A DNA stretch of 64,000 bases from the NCBI RefSeq assembly GCF_023055435.1, contig NW_025963780.1, positions 44,144,001-44,208,000 of the forward strand, in the 5' to 3' direction. Under the pieces are notes generated by a model. It worked only from the letters and a program-made list of their open reading frames with translations, made no database searches and was not told the origin of the DNA. This document shows, piece by piece, positions 1 through 13,948 of the stretch. A program made the translations under genes and the position numbers. Every line of letters starts with the position of its first letter. Positions within the stretch are counted from its first letter, which is position 1. The DNA comes from Haliotis rufescens. Taxonomy: Eukaryota.

Positions 1-2297
1 TTCGTGTATGTCTTCACTATATCTGCATACAATCGTCATGATGTTTGAGGAATGTTGGTTGAGCGTTTCTGACCAGCCGTATGATGCTTGGGCTGTCCCA
101 CAATCACGACGTGCACCTACAACTATATATCGCTAGGCTGTTGATTGTCAGCGTAGATTGTTACGAAACCCGAAGAGTCGACACAGGATTTCAATATGTT
201 ATTAGGGCCATTTACTCTTGTATGTACACGTCACTCACCTAAGAGCAAGTTAGGTAAGGACAAGATATATGGATAAACAACTTCGTTATCATCACTAGCT
301 TGATAACGGTGTTAGAACCTAAATCGAAACGTCGCTCCTAATTGTAATAGACTCGTGAAGATTCCGGGGTAGCGACTAACGGGATCGGGTGGTCAGGCTC
401 GCTGACTTGGTTGATGCATGTCATCAATCCCAATTGCGTGGATCGATGCTCATGATATTAATCACTGGATTGTCCAGACTCGATTATTTACAGACCGCCG
501 TCATATAGCTGGAATATTGCTGAGTGCGGCGTTAAACAACAAACCAACCATAATTGTAATAAAGAAGTTGTTCATCTATATATCGTTTCCTTACTTAGTA
601 CTCCAACTTCTAAATGCCTCTGAGAGAAGTTAAGAGCAAGTTGTGTCTAATGACAGAATCGGCCTATATATAGTCTTCCATCCCTTACGCTATCAGTATA
701 CTGTGTCTGAGTGGGGTATTCATGTTAAACTGCGGCATGGTATCTCAGTGTGCTAGCACTATAAATCGGCATCAGTCCGGACTAGTACAAGGAGCCATAC
801 AAACACACACTCGCATATGCACGTCGCTATATAAGTGCAATAATCTTGGACGCGACGTTAACCCCAATTTCACCTCGCCTCACCCCCCTTCTCTTACATT
901 TATCTAAACGATGCACAAATAACTCTCGTCGTTGTACAGATGCGTTGTCTGATGCGGGGTCGGTATCAAATGTCCGATACTGGCTACAAAAACCAACAAA
1001 GTATATTAGTAACATTCTACAAGACCAGTGTCTGCTGCAATTTCGTGCCCTCCCAAAAAGTTTAATAAATTCGTGAAGAGATTGATGTCCACGGATATTT
1101 AGGATATGTAAAAACAAATGTACATAAAAGTACAGAAGGTAATGGAGGAGAAAAGTTGAATTAGTTGTTAATCGGGACTGATTGTTCTCAACAGGTGGCC
1201 TGTGCACAGGCTGTGCCCGTCGTTAAGATATTGCATATATAATACGAACTTGCGTCACTGATTGTATTTTAGTGAGGTACTGTAAACTGAAGAATATCAA
1301 ATGTTGTCATATAATGCGTATACTTCCATATACCCACCTAATTCAAATGTAGGTCCTGTCAGTGTGAAGCGTTATACAGTTGAAAACCTACCGCCAAGTA
1401 TTGATAATGAATAGCATGAGCTCAAATAATACCTGCCAAAACACATATTTTGTGAAATATTGTTGAAGACTTGCGCTTTAGTGTATTATGGCGTGTCAGC
1501 TTGATGTTGGAAGGGATGCATGTCTTTGGCGTTTACCACCCTGTGAAACCCACGAGTACGGGTATGATGCTGACAAACTCGCAAACCAAGGAACATAATC
1601 TGTACAAAACTGGGAGTCGAACCCAGGATCATAGGTTCCAGGCATAACTAAGGGACGCAACCTTGCACAGCGATTTATGGCGGCTTAGACCACTCGGTCA
1701 TCCTTGCTCCCAGGCCCGTAAACAAGTTAACAAATCTTGATGAAATATTAGTTAATAAGATTTGAAATTTATACTTATATGACGGTTAGCACTGGACGTG
1801 AATTTGTAGTCTCATGCAGTAAACATGATTGATTGACATCAATTAAAGTTTATTTGTATAATTACGCCGCTACATGAACTAGTTGCTGAGCCTGACCACC
1901 CGATCCATTTAGTATATTCTTAACATAGGTTGCTCAAATACCTGTACCTGTGCATTCCCTCAGCACATGTAGAACAAATAGCATGTATTCCAATGACACG
2001 AAACTCGGAAAAAATCACTGTCCACATAAAAGGCATTTATACAAGCCTGATGGTGAAACATTACTTGAATGTACTTCCGTAATGTTAAATCTCTGGAGTG
2101 TAAAAATGCTATTTAAATGTGCTGTTGAAGATTGAAAGTCTTGAATGTAATATTATCTATTTTATGATTATTAAGACATGTATTAGTATCAGTGTTATTA
2201 TTAAACTTACTTTAGTATTTGGCACACCTTAAACTGAGACAACTGGGCCCCACCACAAGATAGCTTAACAATTAAAATTGACACAGTTTAGAGCTGC

Positions 2298-2362
2298 TGA
2301 TAAGATAACAGCTGCATGTGCAACGCCTTCTGCGCTTTTAACAAGGATGTAATGGCGTTCAC
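2298..2362 (+). promoter_or_regulatory. Putative proximal promoter of gene A (tandem GATA; TATA-like/ETS/CRE-half positions diverged)
   Basis: tgataagataa...tttaacaaggatgtaatggcgttc; homologous block upstream of B (20113-20190), C (31660-31725) and D (minus, ~58805-58868), each followed by a GT donor of a likely non-coding exon 1. Confidence 0.45.
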
Positions 2363-3125
2363 TGCATGACATTGTCTGTGTGTCAGCTATTTATGGTGAA
2401 GTTGGACATATGTGGCTCATCTGGTAATACATTCAGAGGTAGGTACGTTGTTACATTCAGACACTGCCAAAACAATGATTGAAACATGTCATGTGAACTC
2501 ATCAATAGGCAGTCGGTAGTGAGTTACGTTGGACATATGTTGGGTGTCCTCAGCTCACGTTACCTCACAGACACACCTTAGTATTTCATGGATTAAATGC
2601 ACCCATCAGGTCCCCAAAAGGGTGGTTTCCATCAGCTGTATATCGGGTACTTACTTTTGACCAAAAATACACCCGGGTATGCGTCAGTGAACATGTTTGT
2701 TTTATGTACACACACGTGACGGTATTGTTCGTCATGTTTTGTGATATATCTCATCCGACGTTTCCTTGACCTAATGTGTTTTCCAGAAAGGTACATGTCA
2801 TGTAAAGATTGTCATCATTAAAGATGTTTTATAATTTGGTGAAACATAATCCCAACTGCTATTAAACAACTCTGTTGTAAATCTTGATCAAAGTTAGCAC
2901 TGCAATTGCTATACCCTATATACTTGTGCATTCTACAAAGCAGAGCCAGTGTATCATGCAACTTAATTAAAATGTAAAGAGTTGTAATCACATCTCACTC
3001 TATATGTTTGTATCACAGAATTTTATGATCAGTAACGTGTTACCAAAGTCAATGTTTTAACCATCCTGTAGTCCCCAATAACGAACACCTGAACGAATGT
3101 TTCTCCAGACCTAAACCACAACAGC

Positions 3126-3180
3126 ATGTGGACGAAGTGGCACGCATCACACTCTCTGCTGATATGGATAACGCTGCAAG
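3126..3180 (+). CDS. Receptor paralog A, signal-peptide exon (MWTKWHASHSLLIWITLQ)
   Basis: ttctccag acceptor upstream, ATG at 3126, phase-1 donor G|gtatgt; 55-nt coding part conserved in all 4 copies. Confidence 0.75.
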
Positions 3181-3841
3181 GTATGTTGTGATTATTTTAT
3201 GACAAATGATAGCATCTTTGTGTCTGAGTGCAGTGTTATAAGAATGATATGTCTACAGTGTCATCAGTGCTATACTGTGACAGTTACATTAATTTATACA
3301 AACACCGTCTAAAGCTGGTGGTGTTTCGTTGAAGAGGTTCATCAAACTGTTACATTGATCAGGTTCAGATTCATTTATCCTCTGTAAGATGGCAGCAATA
3401 TGAACAGCTAATGGTGGATTGAACTTGTAAAAATTAAAAGTAACGAAAATAATCAAAGTCCTATTAAAATATCAGGTTTGTGTTTGCATTTTCTGTTTGC
3501 AACTTACTTGAAAGTAAATATATATGGTTTTGACCTTATTATCAGTGTAGGTGCATAAGTATGCTTATTGCATGTTTCGGTGGATAATCTGCACTGGTTA
3601 TTCTCCTGTATCGACAATTTTTATTTAGTGAGTTCAAGAGGTATATCGGTTGTCCAGATACCTTATTGTAGGTAACGATCCACTATCGTAAAAAACATTT
3701 ATACAAGTCTTCAATAACAATTTTGCCTTCGCAGTTCTATGTCCAGCTGTATGTATGTAATCATATCATCATTTGACTTGTCGATGTGACGTTAAGTTTT
3801 AATTCACTCACTCTTTAGTCTCAATTAATTTGCATTCACAG

Positions 3842-4237
3842 TTCTATGTACAGCTGTCTCTGGCCTGAGACACAAGACTGCCTGTTACAATTTCCTGTTG
3901 ATGGTCGATCCTCCGTGTGCCACTACAGAGATGCTTCTTCCTACCATGTTTACACTCGGGGTGTCTTCTGACGTCACATGTCACAGTGAAATAACTGGAA
4001 CCAGCTTAAGACAGAAGGGTCCAGACGAAATCAGACGTTGCTGTCAACAGCGTGAGAATGATACCGTGACAGATTACTGCCTCCCTGCCATGAAGAACCA
4101 ACTCCCGGGTCACAACTACCTGGACTTTGTGAACACGTGCACTGCCGCTACAAAATGTCAGCTGTCAACACCTGGTGGTACGGTGCAGCATACTGATGGT
4201 GAAGACTATGTAACATTCACGTTTGAATGTGTGCACA
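3842..4237 (+). CDS. Paralog A, Cys-rich domain 1 (degenerate SUEL/Gal-lectin-like)
   Basis: ttcacag| ... CAC A|gtgagt; 396 nt, phase 1-1; VLCTAVSGLRHKTACY...CC...C...C...DYVTFTFECVH. Confidence 0.85.
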
Positions 4238-5732
4238 GTGAGTTGTGTCCGTCATAAACTTAATGTTATCAGCTTCCTATATGTCCCACAGGACACACTT
4301 TACCATTTTAGCCTACACCTGGTGTCATCACTAGTTTCAGTGATCCGTTCACATAATGTTCATCGGTACTTTGCCTATAAATATCAGTGGAACCTGGGGA
4401 GATAATCGAGACTGGTTATTCTCTGGCGTTGACGTCTCATAATTACTTGCCACTCGTGTAATGGCGTCCAGGCACTTCTACTATTCTATCTGTTGCCCAT
4501 TCTTTCATTGTTGCAAGCTTTTGGACTAAATTATAACATGCCTGGTTATAATTTCATGCTTTGCGTTTCTTTATTTTGTAATTGTACAATACAGTTGTTT
4601 ATACACAATAAGTCATTTCAGGGAGAGATATTTGCGGTCAGTCGTGACTCTGTTAATTTGCAACAAGAAACAACTACTATGTGGTTTATAATGTGTTCAC
4701 GGTTAATTTGAAAGAGATGGAGGCATGACCCGCTCACCCTCCCGAGGCGTTGTGACTGTAACTTTCTATGTTGCATCCCTCATCCCTCTCTTGATCGATA
4801 ATCATGGTTCTGATTCTCAATTTCGTCCTAGTAAGAGCCTTGTTTTGTCAGTGTCACTGAAGTAAATGTCTGTGACGTGCAGCTTGTCCTTGGGCTTCTC
4901 GCGGCTCTGATTCCATATTCGTCCTGTAATGAACCTTGTTTTGTCAGCACCACTGGCGTGTATATGAGTTTCACTGAAGAAAATGTCTGTGACGTGCATC
5001 ATGTCTTTAGACTCCCTGGCCGAGTTGGCCCAGTCGTCCAAGACGCCGCAGTCAACACTGCAGAGTCGCGTCAACGAGACGTACCAGAGCCCTATAATCA
5101 TGTGTAGGAATCCAAGATTGTCCTGATGGGCACGCCAGTAACCTGTGATTGTGGGTTCGAATTCCGGTTCGCCCCGATTATATTTCTAGGTTTGTCAGCA
5201 CCATAACCGTTGTCGTGGGTTTCACCAAAGTGGTAAACGTCTGAGACCTGCATCATTTTGGTCTTTCCTCCGAAGTTACCGAAGTTCAGCTGACACACCG
5301 TGATATAACTTGAATACTGTTAAAAGCGGCATTATACCCAACTCACTCACTCGCTCACTCACTTATGTGTCTTGGTTTCTGTCAGCATCATACCAGTGGT
5401 CGTGTGTTCTACCAATGTGGTAGAAGTCTTTGACGTACATCAGTTTTGGTTTCCTCACAAACTAAGCTGACAAGCAATGGTTTAGTCAAATATTGTACAA
5501 AGCTGCTTTAAACTCGCCCACTCGCACTTGGAAATTGGAAAGGAAAAATAGATATATTATTCAATATATTACATCATGTTAAAAGCTTCATTTGGTCTTT
5601 ATTATGTTTGATGCTATTAAAAGCATGTGGTTAATGGATATTGTATTAAATACCTATTTACATCGAATACTTGTACATCTACCATCGTGTTAGAAGTATA
5701 CATAACTTTAATTTCTTGGCCAATCTTTTCAG

Positions 5733-6083
5733 AGGACACGGTGCTGCACATCCAACATGATTCTCCACACACAGGACAGGAGGTGTACCTGTACAACGAC
5801 CAACATGACGGGATGGCCCATGCTAAATGTCTAGCATACTCTCACGAGTGTAACTCCCATGTCATAATACAACTTGCTGCAACCCGAGTTGTGTCTCCCG
5901 CCTGCAGTGTGGACTTCACTGATGGGGATGTGTCAACCAAGGTGGACTGTAAGAACCCACCTGCATCAAGAAACTGTTCCAGCGCAATGTTTGAGAGCAA
6001 GTCCAACTATGTTAACATGTCAATATTCATGACAGTCGATCCTGGGCGTCAAGAAAAAGAATTTCTGTGGCTGCTGGCGAAAG
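5733..6083 (+). CDS. Paralog A, domain 2 (CUB-like beta domain, tentative)
   Basis: ttttcag| ... AAA G|gtaagt; 351 nt, phase 1-1; highly similar exons in B, C, D. Confidence 0.85.
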
Positions 6084-7717
6084 GTAAGTGATTAATAATT
6101 ATATTTGTCCCTATGTGTTGCTAAACTTGGAAATGTGACTAAAATTCTTGCGGAAAATGTTCCTTGATGGCAATTTGACGTCTGACGTCTGCTCTGTCGT
6201 CGTGCCATGTTGCATTTTTATTATATCTTGAGTGTTAAACTAGGCATTATGGACAAACACAATTACAATTACTAGGATATATTGTTTGTGATCTTTATTC
6301 ATATACCAAGGAGTAAAACCTACCTGTAACTTTCACCAAGTCAAAATACTTAAGCTTGAGTTGCCGAGTATCGTTTTGTTGAAGAACAGCATTATAATCA
6401 TAAAAGTGCTACCTTTTCTATCGTCACACCTCTCCCTCAGAGCATTCAGTATTTCAGTGAACAAATGCATGCAGTCGACACGTGTGACTCGGTCTCAGAG
6501 TGAACGTTACTTTGCAACTGCTGCTGGATGAACCTGCTGTCAACATGGCTTCACTCGTCACAAACATATAAATACGGATCATATTAATCATAAAGTGGTC
6601 CGCCAAAATGTAAAATAATTAATAAAATAACACTTAGTGCTTTCAATTTCCCCCAATGGTACCTACCGGTTCTTTTGCTTAGGTTTATTCCTTTGAAAAA
6701 TTGTCAGATAATTGTACCATTGCAAAAATATTTATTTCAATGTTTTGTGTAAAGAATCTTTTGAAAAAGAAATATGTTTCCATACTTATTCACTGCTGCA
6801 TCTCCCTCTCACTCCTGGTGCTTTTACATAGATAAAGAGGGGTATGTTTCAAGAAAAAACACGCCAAACTTCTTTGTTCAGCACCGGAACCCACATTATG
6901 TTTATCTCCGTCCTGCAGAGTGAACGCGAACATGTTTGTGATAGCAGTATGGATACCAATTTGTTGTGTGGGCTAAACGGGGGAACGGGTGGCCCAGACG
7001 TCTAAGGCGCCGCGATTTGCTGAGCAGTGTTGCGTACCTTTGGGCACGCCAGAAACCTATGATTGTGGGTTCGAATCCCGGTTCGCCCCGATGAGGTTTC
7101 TAGGTTTGTCAGCACCATACCTGTACTCGTGGGTTTCATCGAAGTGGTAAACGTCTGAGACCTGCGGGCTTTCCTTCCACATTAAGCTGACTCGCCGCGA
7201 TATAACTGTAATACTGTTAAAAGCGGTGTTTCACTCAACTCACTCAGTTACTGTGTAGGCTAAAAGTTCCAATGGATCAGTGACAGTCCGCAGGTGTCTC
7301 CGCATATATATATTCACGGTGTACTTCTCAATAAAATAGTTCAATTTCTCCTATGAGAGGTAGTAGAACCAGCCAAAAGCCTAGCGGAAATATCAAGTAA
7401 ACATTATTTAACCACCTCCCAGAGCAGTGAATCGATCCTTGCAGTGTGGAGTTCTAAAGTACACGCCACTATTATGACGTCATAATGTTCAAGAGACAGG
7501 AAGTAAAAGCATCTCAGCGCAGGAAGTTTACAGAAACACAAAATGATGTCAATGTTTCCAACTTTTCAGTCGTTTGTCGTTTCGTTTCGTACATAAACTG
7601 ACGCTGGTGGCGATACTCCGTGTGTTAGTGTTAACACTGTCTGTCTGATTTATTTCATGAACTGGTGTGGATGTGCATGAGTATATGTGGTATTATTCAA
7701 TAATCATTTTGTTGCAG

Positions 7718-8083
7718 CGGATACAGGTAAGAATGTTACCGTCGTCTGTGGAGCCACCATTCCTGCAGATGTGTCACTGAACTGCCCAACGCCTGCATCA
7801 ATTACTACGACATCAACTACTTCAACTACAACTACACAAACAGTGACGTCCAATAACGCCTCCAGCAACCACGCACAGATAGCGGTGACATCATCACCTG
7901 GTCAACCACAGACACAACCTTCAAAATCAACGGCAGCAGGGACAACGATGCACAGCAATGACTCTACCACGCTATCGTTGTCCAGTGTGAACGGCTTTTC
8001 CTCCGTCATCACTCCCCGCCATCCCGATCCAAACTCTCCCACAACACTCGCGCAGCAGAGTGGAGTCACAGAAACGACGTCAG
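7718..8083 (+). CDS. Paralog A, end of domain 2 plus Thr/Ser-rich mucin stalk
   Basis: gttgcag| ADTGKNVTVVCG...TTTSTTSTTTT...; 366 nt; the donor G|gtacac is weak but shared with C. Confidence 0.75.
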
Positions 8084-8283
8084 GTACACACAGTAAATAA
8101 ACTTAGAAATTCTCTCTTTTCATGAGGTTCGCTCACGTTTTCGCTAACACCTGGTGTCATAACATTTTGATAGTGATTCATAAACACATGCTTGTGATGT
8201 AGTCGGAATCGTACAATGGACGCTATTTTAGGCAAATATTTGTTAGGATAAAGGAAATGGTTTTGTCGCTTTATGTATGTATA

Positions 8284-9903
8284 CAACTCGTCATAAATAT
8301 CGCACCACACATTTTAAAGTAAAAGTAGAAAAGATAATTTTCGGTTTTTTAAACTACAAGTACATATTTCATATACTACACCATCTGTGAACATAATATC
8401 ACAAACACACCCTGTTCCAAGCTGCACGTGCATGCTTGCGTTGAGCATGCTTGTACCGGGGGTCCGTTTGCTAAAAATGCAGTATGCACACAGCCTCTTT
8501 TGGCGTATGTTATGTTGGCAGACACAGCTAAAATTTGGTTTTAGGCATAAATTAAGCTTTATTTTGACCAACCAGTGAAGTGCCCAAGCGTCCAGTGCCT
8601 CTGAACCAAAGATGGCAAATTATTGGTGTGCACCAGACTGGTATGTCATGTCGTGCTATTGGAGCACAACTGAACATTCATCACACTGTCATCAGCTGGC
8701 TAATACGTAAGAATACTGCTTCCGGTGTAGTGAAGGATGCACCGAGGTCTTGACGTCCCAGAAAAACCAATGACAAGGAAGATCGTGCTCTCGTACGCCA
8801 AGCCAGACGAAGCCCAAAGTCTACTTGTACACAGCTGCGACATTGATGGCATCCATACAACAGAGTGTCCATCAGCACCATCAGACGACGCCTTAATTCT
8901 GCAGGATTAAGAGCAAGACGACCAATCAGACGTCCACTCCTCACAAATCAGCACCGCCATGCACATGCTCGCTGGAACCTGAGGACATGGAGAAGGATCC
9001 ACTGGTCCGATGAAAGCAGATTTTTGCTGCATCATACAGAAGGGAGGGCACGAGTTTGGAGGCAGAGAGACACAGCATATGATCAGAGGAACATTCAAGC
9101 TGATGTTCCATTTGGGGGTGGATCCGTCATGGTGTGGGGGTGTTGTTCCTATGATTGTTAACTTGACCTCATCACAGTTCCCGGAACACTGAATGGGTAG
9201 AGGTACCAGAACTTGATCCTGGACGGTGCTGTTGTGCCTCATTTCGATAATCACGCTCTCGCCACACGTCCAGTCTTTATGGACGATAATGCCAGACCAC
9301 ATCGTGCTCGAGCTGTTTTCAGCATCTCCAACACTACGCCATTGAGACACTACCCTGGCCTGCCAGAAGTCCAGACATTAATCCTATTGAGCAATTGTGG
9401 GACATTTTGAGACGTAGGGTGAGAGCAAGGGATCCTCCAGTTCATAACCTTCAGGAATTGACCCATGCATTGCATGATGAGTGGCAGCAGATCCCCCAAC
9501 AGAGATTCAGACGTCTGGTGACCAGTATATGACGGCGTGTCGAAATTGTTATCCAAGTGCGAGGCGGTTACACCAGATACTGAGTTAGCCAGTCATTGTG
9601 GACCTTACTAGTGTGTTTGACATTAATGAAATGTGAACTGTGTTGTGTGGCTGTTGTAACGACTTCGGCAGCCATACTTATTTCACCTTATTTCACGGTG
9701 ATTTCAGTGAACTTTGGTTTGCTACAATCAAACCCTCAATTAGTGCTCAAATTCGGTCTTGTGTTGTCAATTTTCTGACTGAACGCTCACATGAGGCCAT
9801 ATAAACAGTTTAATGTGCATTTTTAAGCACCATTTTTATGAGGTTGAAGATCCAGTTTTACTCAGTGAAAAAAAGTGGGTGGTGCGATATTTATGACGAG
9901 GTT
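8284..9903 (+). mobile_element. Tc1-family DNA transposon, near full length, decayed transposase
   Basis: TIRs caactcgtcataaatatcgcacca / tggtgcgatatttatgacgag flanked by TA; motifs WSDESRF, FMDDNARPH, SPDINPIE broken by stops and frameshifts. Confidence 0.92.
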
Positions 9904-10003
9904 TATATAATACATTCCAACATATTTTCGCACGTCAAGTTTTAGTGTCCGTTCCCCCACGTGCACATGGTTACGACTGTTTGGTTGTCAGCTGTACACG
10001 AAT

Positions 10004-10004
10004 G

Positions 10005-10068
<64 letters not shown>
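10004..10068. repeat. (TA)n(TG)n microsatellite
   Basis: Direct reading. Confidence 0.9.
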
Positions 10069-10269
10069 GCTTTCTGTCTGCTGCTCAGGACCAGTAACTT
10101 CCTATTTTGCATCAAAATGTGGCTATGAAATGTAGATTGTGTAGTAGATGCCTAGCTTTGGCACAAACACAGTGTCTTAAGTGACATGATGGAGTGGCTT
10201 GATCCTTTTGTCTTCGTCATGCTTGTGGTTTTGACACAGAAGTCCATCCAGTACGACCAAAAATATGTA

Positions 10270-10490
10270 GAGGGCGTTATGGAAAATGATAAATACAAAT
10301 ATTCTTTGGCATAGGCCCGTATACAGCCTCAGACGTATCCAGGCCAACAGACATGATCTTGTCCTTTTTGATGAATCCAAGGAAATCATTTATATTATTG
10401 AATTGTCTGTCCCTTTTAACACTGATGTGATTGTGAAGGTTCAGGAAAAACATGGCAGTTATCCGGACTTCGCTTTCGAAATGTGATTTA
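10270..10490 (+). mobile_element. Non-LTR retrotransposon restriction-like endonuclease fragment (second copy ~38830-39030)
   Basis: ANRHDLVLFD...IIELSVPF and ANKPDLVLFD...VIELSV match the RLE PD-(D/E)xK-type pattern. Confidence 0.6.
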
Positions 10491-10859
10491 AACAATATCT
10501 ATTTCCAAAAACGGAATGGGATTGGTGAACAGACAAAGCCTATTTAAATACTTCTCCCTATAAAGGACATTTAACAAGGTAAACCGTACATAAAATAATA
10601 AATTTAGATTATTTGTACCTACTGTTACAAATATTATGATGCGAATATACAAGTCACACACAAATACATAAATACGAAAATACACAAATACACACATAGA
10701 CACAAACCTATATCGGTACATGACCAATTCGGTGCATCCATGTACACACATGCTTGTACATCTATACCTCTACATACCTCACATACAGACAGCTATTTGA
10801 TTGATGTAATCGTAAAGTAGACACATTTTAAATCTTTTAGATTTTGCAATGCACAAATG

Positions 10860-11870
10860 AACAGAATGTACAATAGCAAGGTTAGTATCAGAAGATGTTG
10901 TAGTATTTCCATATTAGACTGAATCCAAGTCGTATCCTATTATATAATAGTACATATTGTTCCGAAGATTGCAGTAGTTGCAACATGAAAAGAGGTCATG
11001 TCTAGGATGTTCATAATGATATCCACAGGAACAGGTAGTAGAATCATGAATATGTCTATGATATTTGTGTGCATTTAAATCACTGCATCTTAACCTGAGG
11101 CGGCAATGGAGAATTTGACAGAAACGGGTACCATAGTCTAAGTTAAAGTCAAATATTTGAGCATTTTCTGTTGTGATGATACATTTTGTGAAGCCATATA
11201 CAGTACATTTTGATTGAACATTATCCGGTAATTCATTCGACATTCGCACTGTGTTGGGTAAAAATTATTTGTAGTGATTAACTGTTCTGGCATTTACAGT
11301 CTGTAGCTGTGAAGGAGTTCTTAAATTGAAACATGCGCCCACTGAGACATTCGGAGGATCAAGATTACATAGATATTCAGGGGCCAACTTATGAACCACT
11401 TTGTAAAATGTTTTTAACGTATGAGATTGCCGTCGTTTGGATAAGGGTGTAAGGTTGGTTTCAGGGTATAGAGACTCGTGACTGGTACCACGAGTAGCTC
11501 CACATATTGTTCTCAGTTTGTCTAAATTTAGCCTTTCCAATACCAACGCTTGATCTTCAGAACGGTTATCCCATACCTTGTCACAATAGTCGAATATTGG
11601 TAAAATAAATGATCAGTATAATTTCTCTAACTTTTCTGGACAGGCGGCATTGGAAAGTTCTGGAGCAGTTAATCATCGGGCTAACTTTATCGACTATATT
11701 GTCTATATGATTTGGCTAGTAGCCATCTTGCTGTTAAGTTAGACCTAGGTGTTTGTGCGATGTGACCTCTGTTATTGGAGTACTTTTCTTTTTACGAACA
11801 GGTTTTGAACTTGGATTAATTTTTGTTGAAAACATTATGTTTTCAGTGTGTGTGTCTTTCGAAATGTAGC
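10860..11870 (-). mobile_element. LINE ORF2 3' relic (second copy ~39330-40330)
   Basis: LRTICGATRGTSHESLY..L..RR..H.L..FYK and HCRLRLRCSDLNAH...CSCG..E...H...C. Confidence 0.75.
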
Positions 11871-12678
11871 AAGTTGTTCGACTGCCCATTGTTTTCGGTG
11901 CTTTAGATTTGGTACCGCCCACAATCTGTCGTCTTACATTGGGAGAGTATTTTAAGTGTTTAAGGTTTTATGTACGAATCACGTGTGGACAATATATGTA
12001 AACACTTGGCAGTTCATACTACTCCTGCTTGGTTGTGTGTGACATTGTTGGCCATGTTGACACTTCATTGACTTTCTTAATCTGCCTCTAGTAGTTACAA
12101 GTTACAATTTGCTACCTATTGCTGAAACAATGTCACATAGCCACATCCACTTATTGTAAGACCTCGTGGGAGACCTCTGAAGATCCGGGGTAGATCTTTA
12201 GCAACCCATGCTTGCCATAAAAGGCTACTTTGCTTATCGTAACGGGATCGGGTGGCCAGGCTCGCTGACTTGGTTGATGCATGTCAATGTATTCCAATTA
12301 CGTGGATCGATGCTCATGATGTCAATCACTGGATTGTCTGGCCCAGACTCGATTATTTACAGCCTGCCGTCATATAGCTGGAATATTGCTTGGAGCAGCG
12401 TTAAAGAACAAACAAACAAACACGGTCTCCGGGGAATCCGGGTGAGAAAGGTTCAATGGAACCCGGTTGGTTGTATGAGGCGACCACGTGCGATCAGCAG
12501 GTGCGTTTTGGCTGGTTGCATGTCATACTGTACCCATGACTTTGATCGGTGCTCATGTTTTCTTTCACATATTTGTCAGGTCAAGATTTGATTATATCTC
12601 ACCTGAATATGGCTGACTGCAGTGATAATCAACAGTTACACACCCACTCTAAAGATATTATATGTATCGTGTTGTCAG

Positions 12679-12756
12679 AGGCCACTTCACCAATGGATAA
12701 AGACATATCAACTCCAGCTGCAACAACAGAAACTGTTCCTTCAACATCAAGTAAAG
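12679..12756 (+). CDS. Paralog A, short stalk exon (EATSPMDKDISTPAATTETVPSTSSK)
   Basis: gttgtcag| ... AAA G|gtattc; 78 nt, phase 1-1; homologues in C and D. Confidence 0.7.
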
Positions 12757-13736
12757 GTATTCAAAGTTGGAAGTTTGATGTGAAGCTAATGCAATATTCA
12801 ATACTTGCCCCCTGAGGTGATGTCCCTTGTGTGGGATCAAACATCATATCAGGAGATAACAATAACAATAGCAATAATAATGCATGCTCAAACCGCACAA
12901 AGTGATGGTGATAATACAAAATAGTACTTTCCTGACCACCCCCCGCGCTAACTTTCAGTCAGTTGCAATTGCACCAATCGCTGGCTGACGTCGGTTCCGT
13001 CTCAAACTAGAATGGCGGCTTACGGAAAGTTTGACAGGGAAAAAATAATTTCTTCACTCACGTAAATACAATAATGAGGAATTATTTTCTTATAGATGTT
13101 GTACCATTGATCAACCAGGCATAAATTTGATATTGACATTGTACTTGTGCTAGGTATTGCGCCTTTCTTACAAGATGATCATAAACGTCAACATGGTCAT
13201 CTTATCAACGACTGCCTCTGTGGTCTAGTGGTAGAGCGTCCGCCCGGAGAGCGGGAGGTTTGGAGTTCGATCCCCGGCCGCGTTAAAAGATGGTACTTGT
13301 TGTTATCCTGTCGACATTAAAGGGCGAAAACAAGGACTGGTCGGCTCGGAGTCAGTATACTGTGTCTGAGTGGGGTATTCATGTTAAACTGCGGCATGGT
13401 ATCTCAGTGTGTTAGCACTATAAATCGGCACCAGTCCGGGCTAGTACAAGCAGCCACACACGCACACGCACACGCACACACACACACACACACACACTGC
13501 ACGACGCTATATAAGTGCAATAATCTTCGACGCGACGTGTAACTCCATTTCACCTCACCTCACATCTAATCAACAGTGTATAGGTACTTGAGAATGATAT
13601 TAGATGAATAAAATGTCACTACAGCTAATTGCAAGGTGGATGAAAAAGGATCACAAAAAGTTTGACTCGTGACTCACAACGACACACATTCTAATGTAAA
13701 ACTGTATGTATCTAATACTACGACATATGTTAACAG

Positions 13737-13824
13737 AAGCGGTTATCATCGGCAGCAGTGTGGGAGGAGTCATCATGATAGCAATCATAGTGACAATCAC
13801 GGTCTGTGTCCGACGAAAGAAAAG
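13737..13824 (+). CDS. Paralog A, transmembrane exon (EAVIIGSSVGGVIMIAIIVTITVCVRRKK)
   Basis: gttaacag| ... AG|gtaaaa; hydrophobic stretch followed by basic stop-transfer RRKK; frame absent from the ORF track. Confidence 0.8.
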
Positions 13825-13948
13825 GTAAAAGCTTTTACAATTAGAATTACCATATCGGGGAAATAACATATCCAAACATTCACTCTACATGGAGTGAGTC
13901 ATGCATGAATCGTCGTGTTCTTAGATAGACATTGCCTCGCAATTCAAG

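Noticed and set aside
12208-12591. Recurrent ORFs containing GSLTWLMHV...SITGLSGPDS
   Set aside because: Translations of SINE family 1
13651-13875. Hydrophobic minus-strand ORF (also 42200-42442)
   Set aside because: Antisense shadow of the plus-strand TM exon
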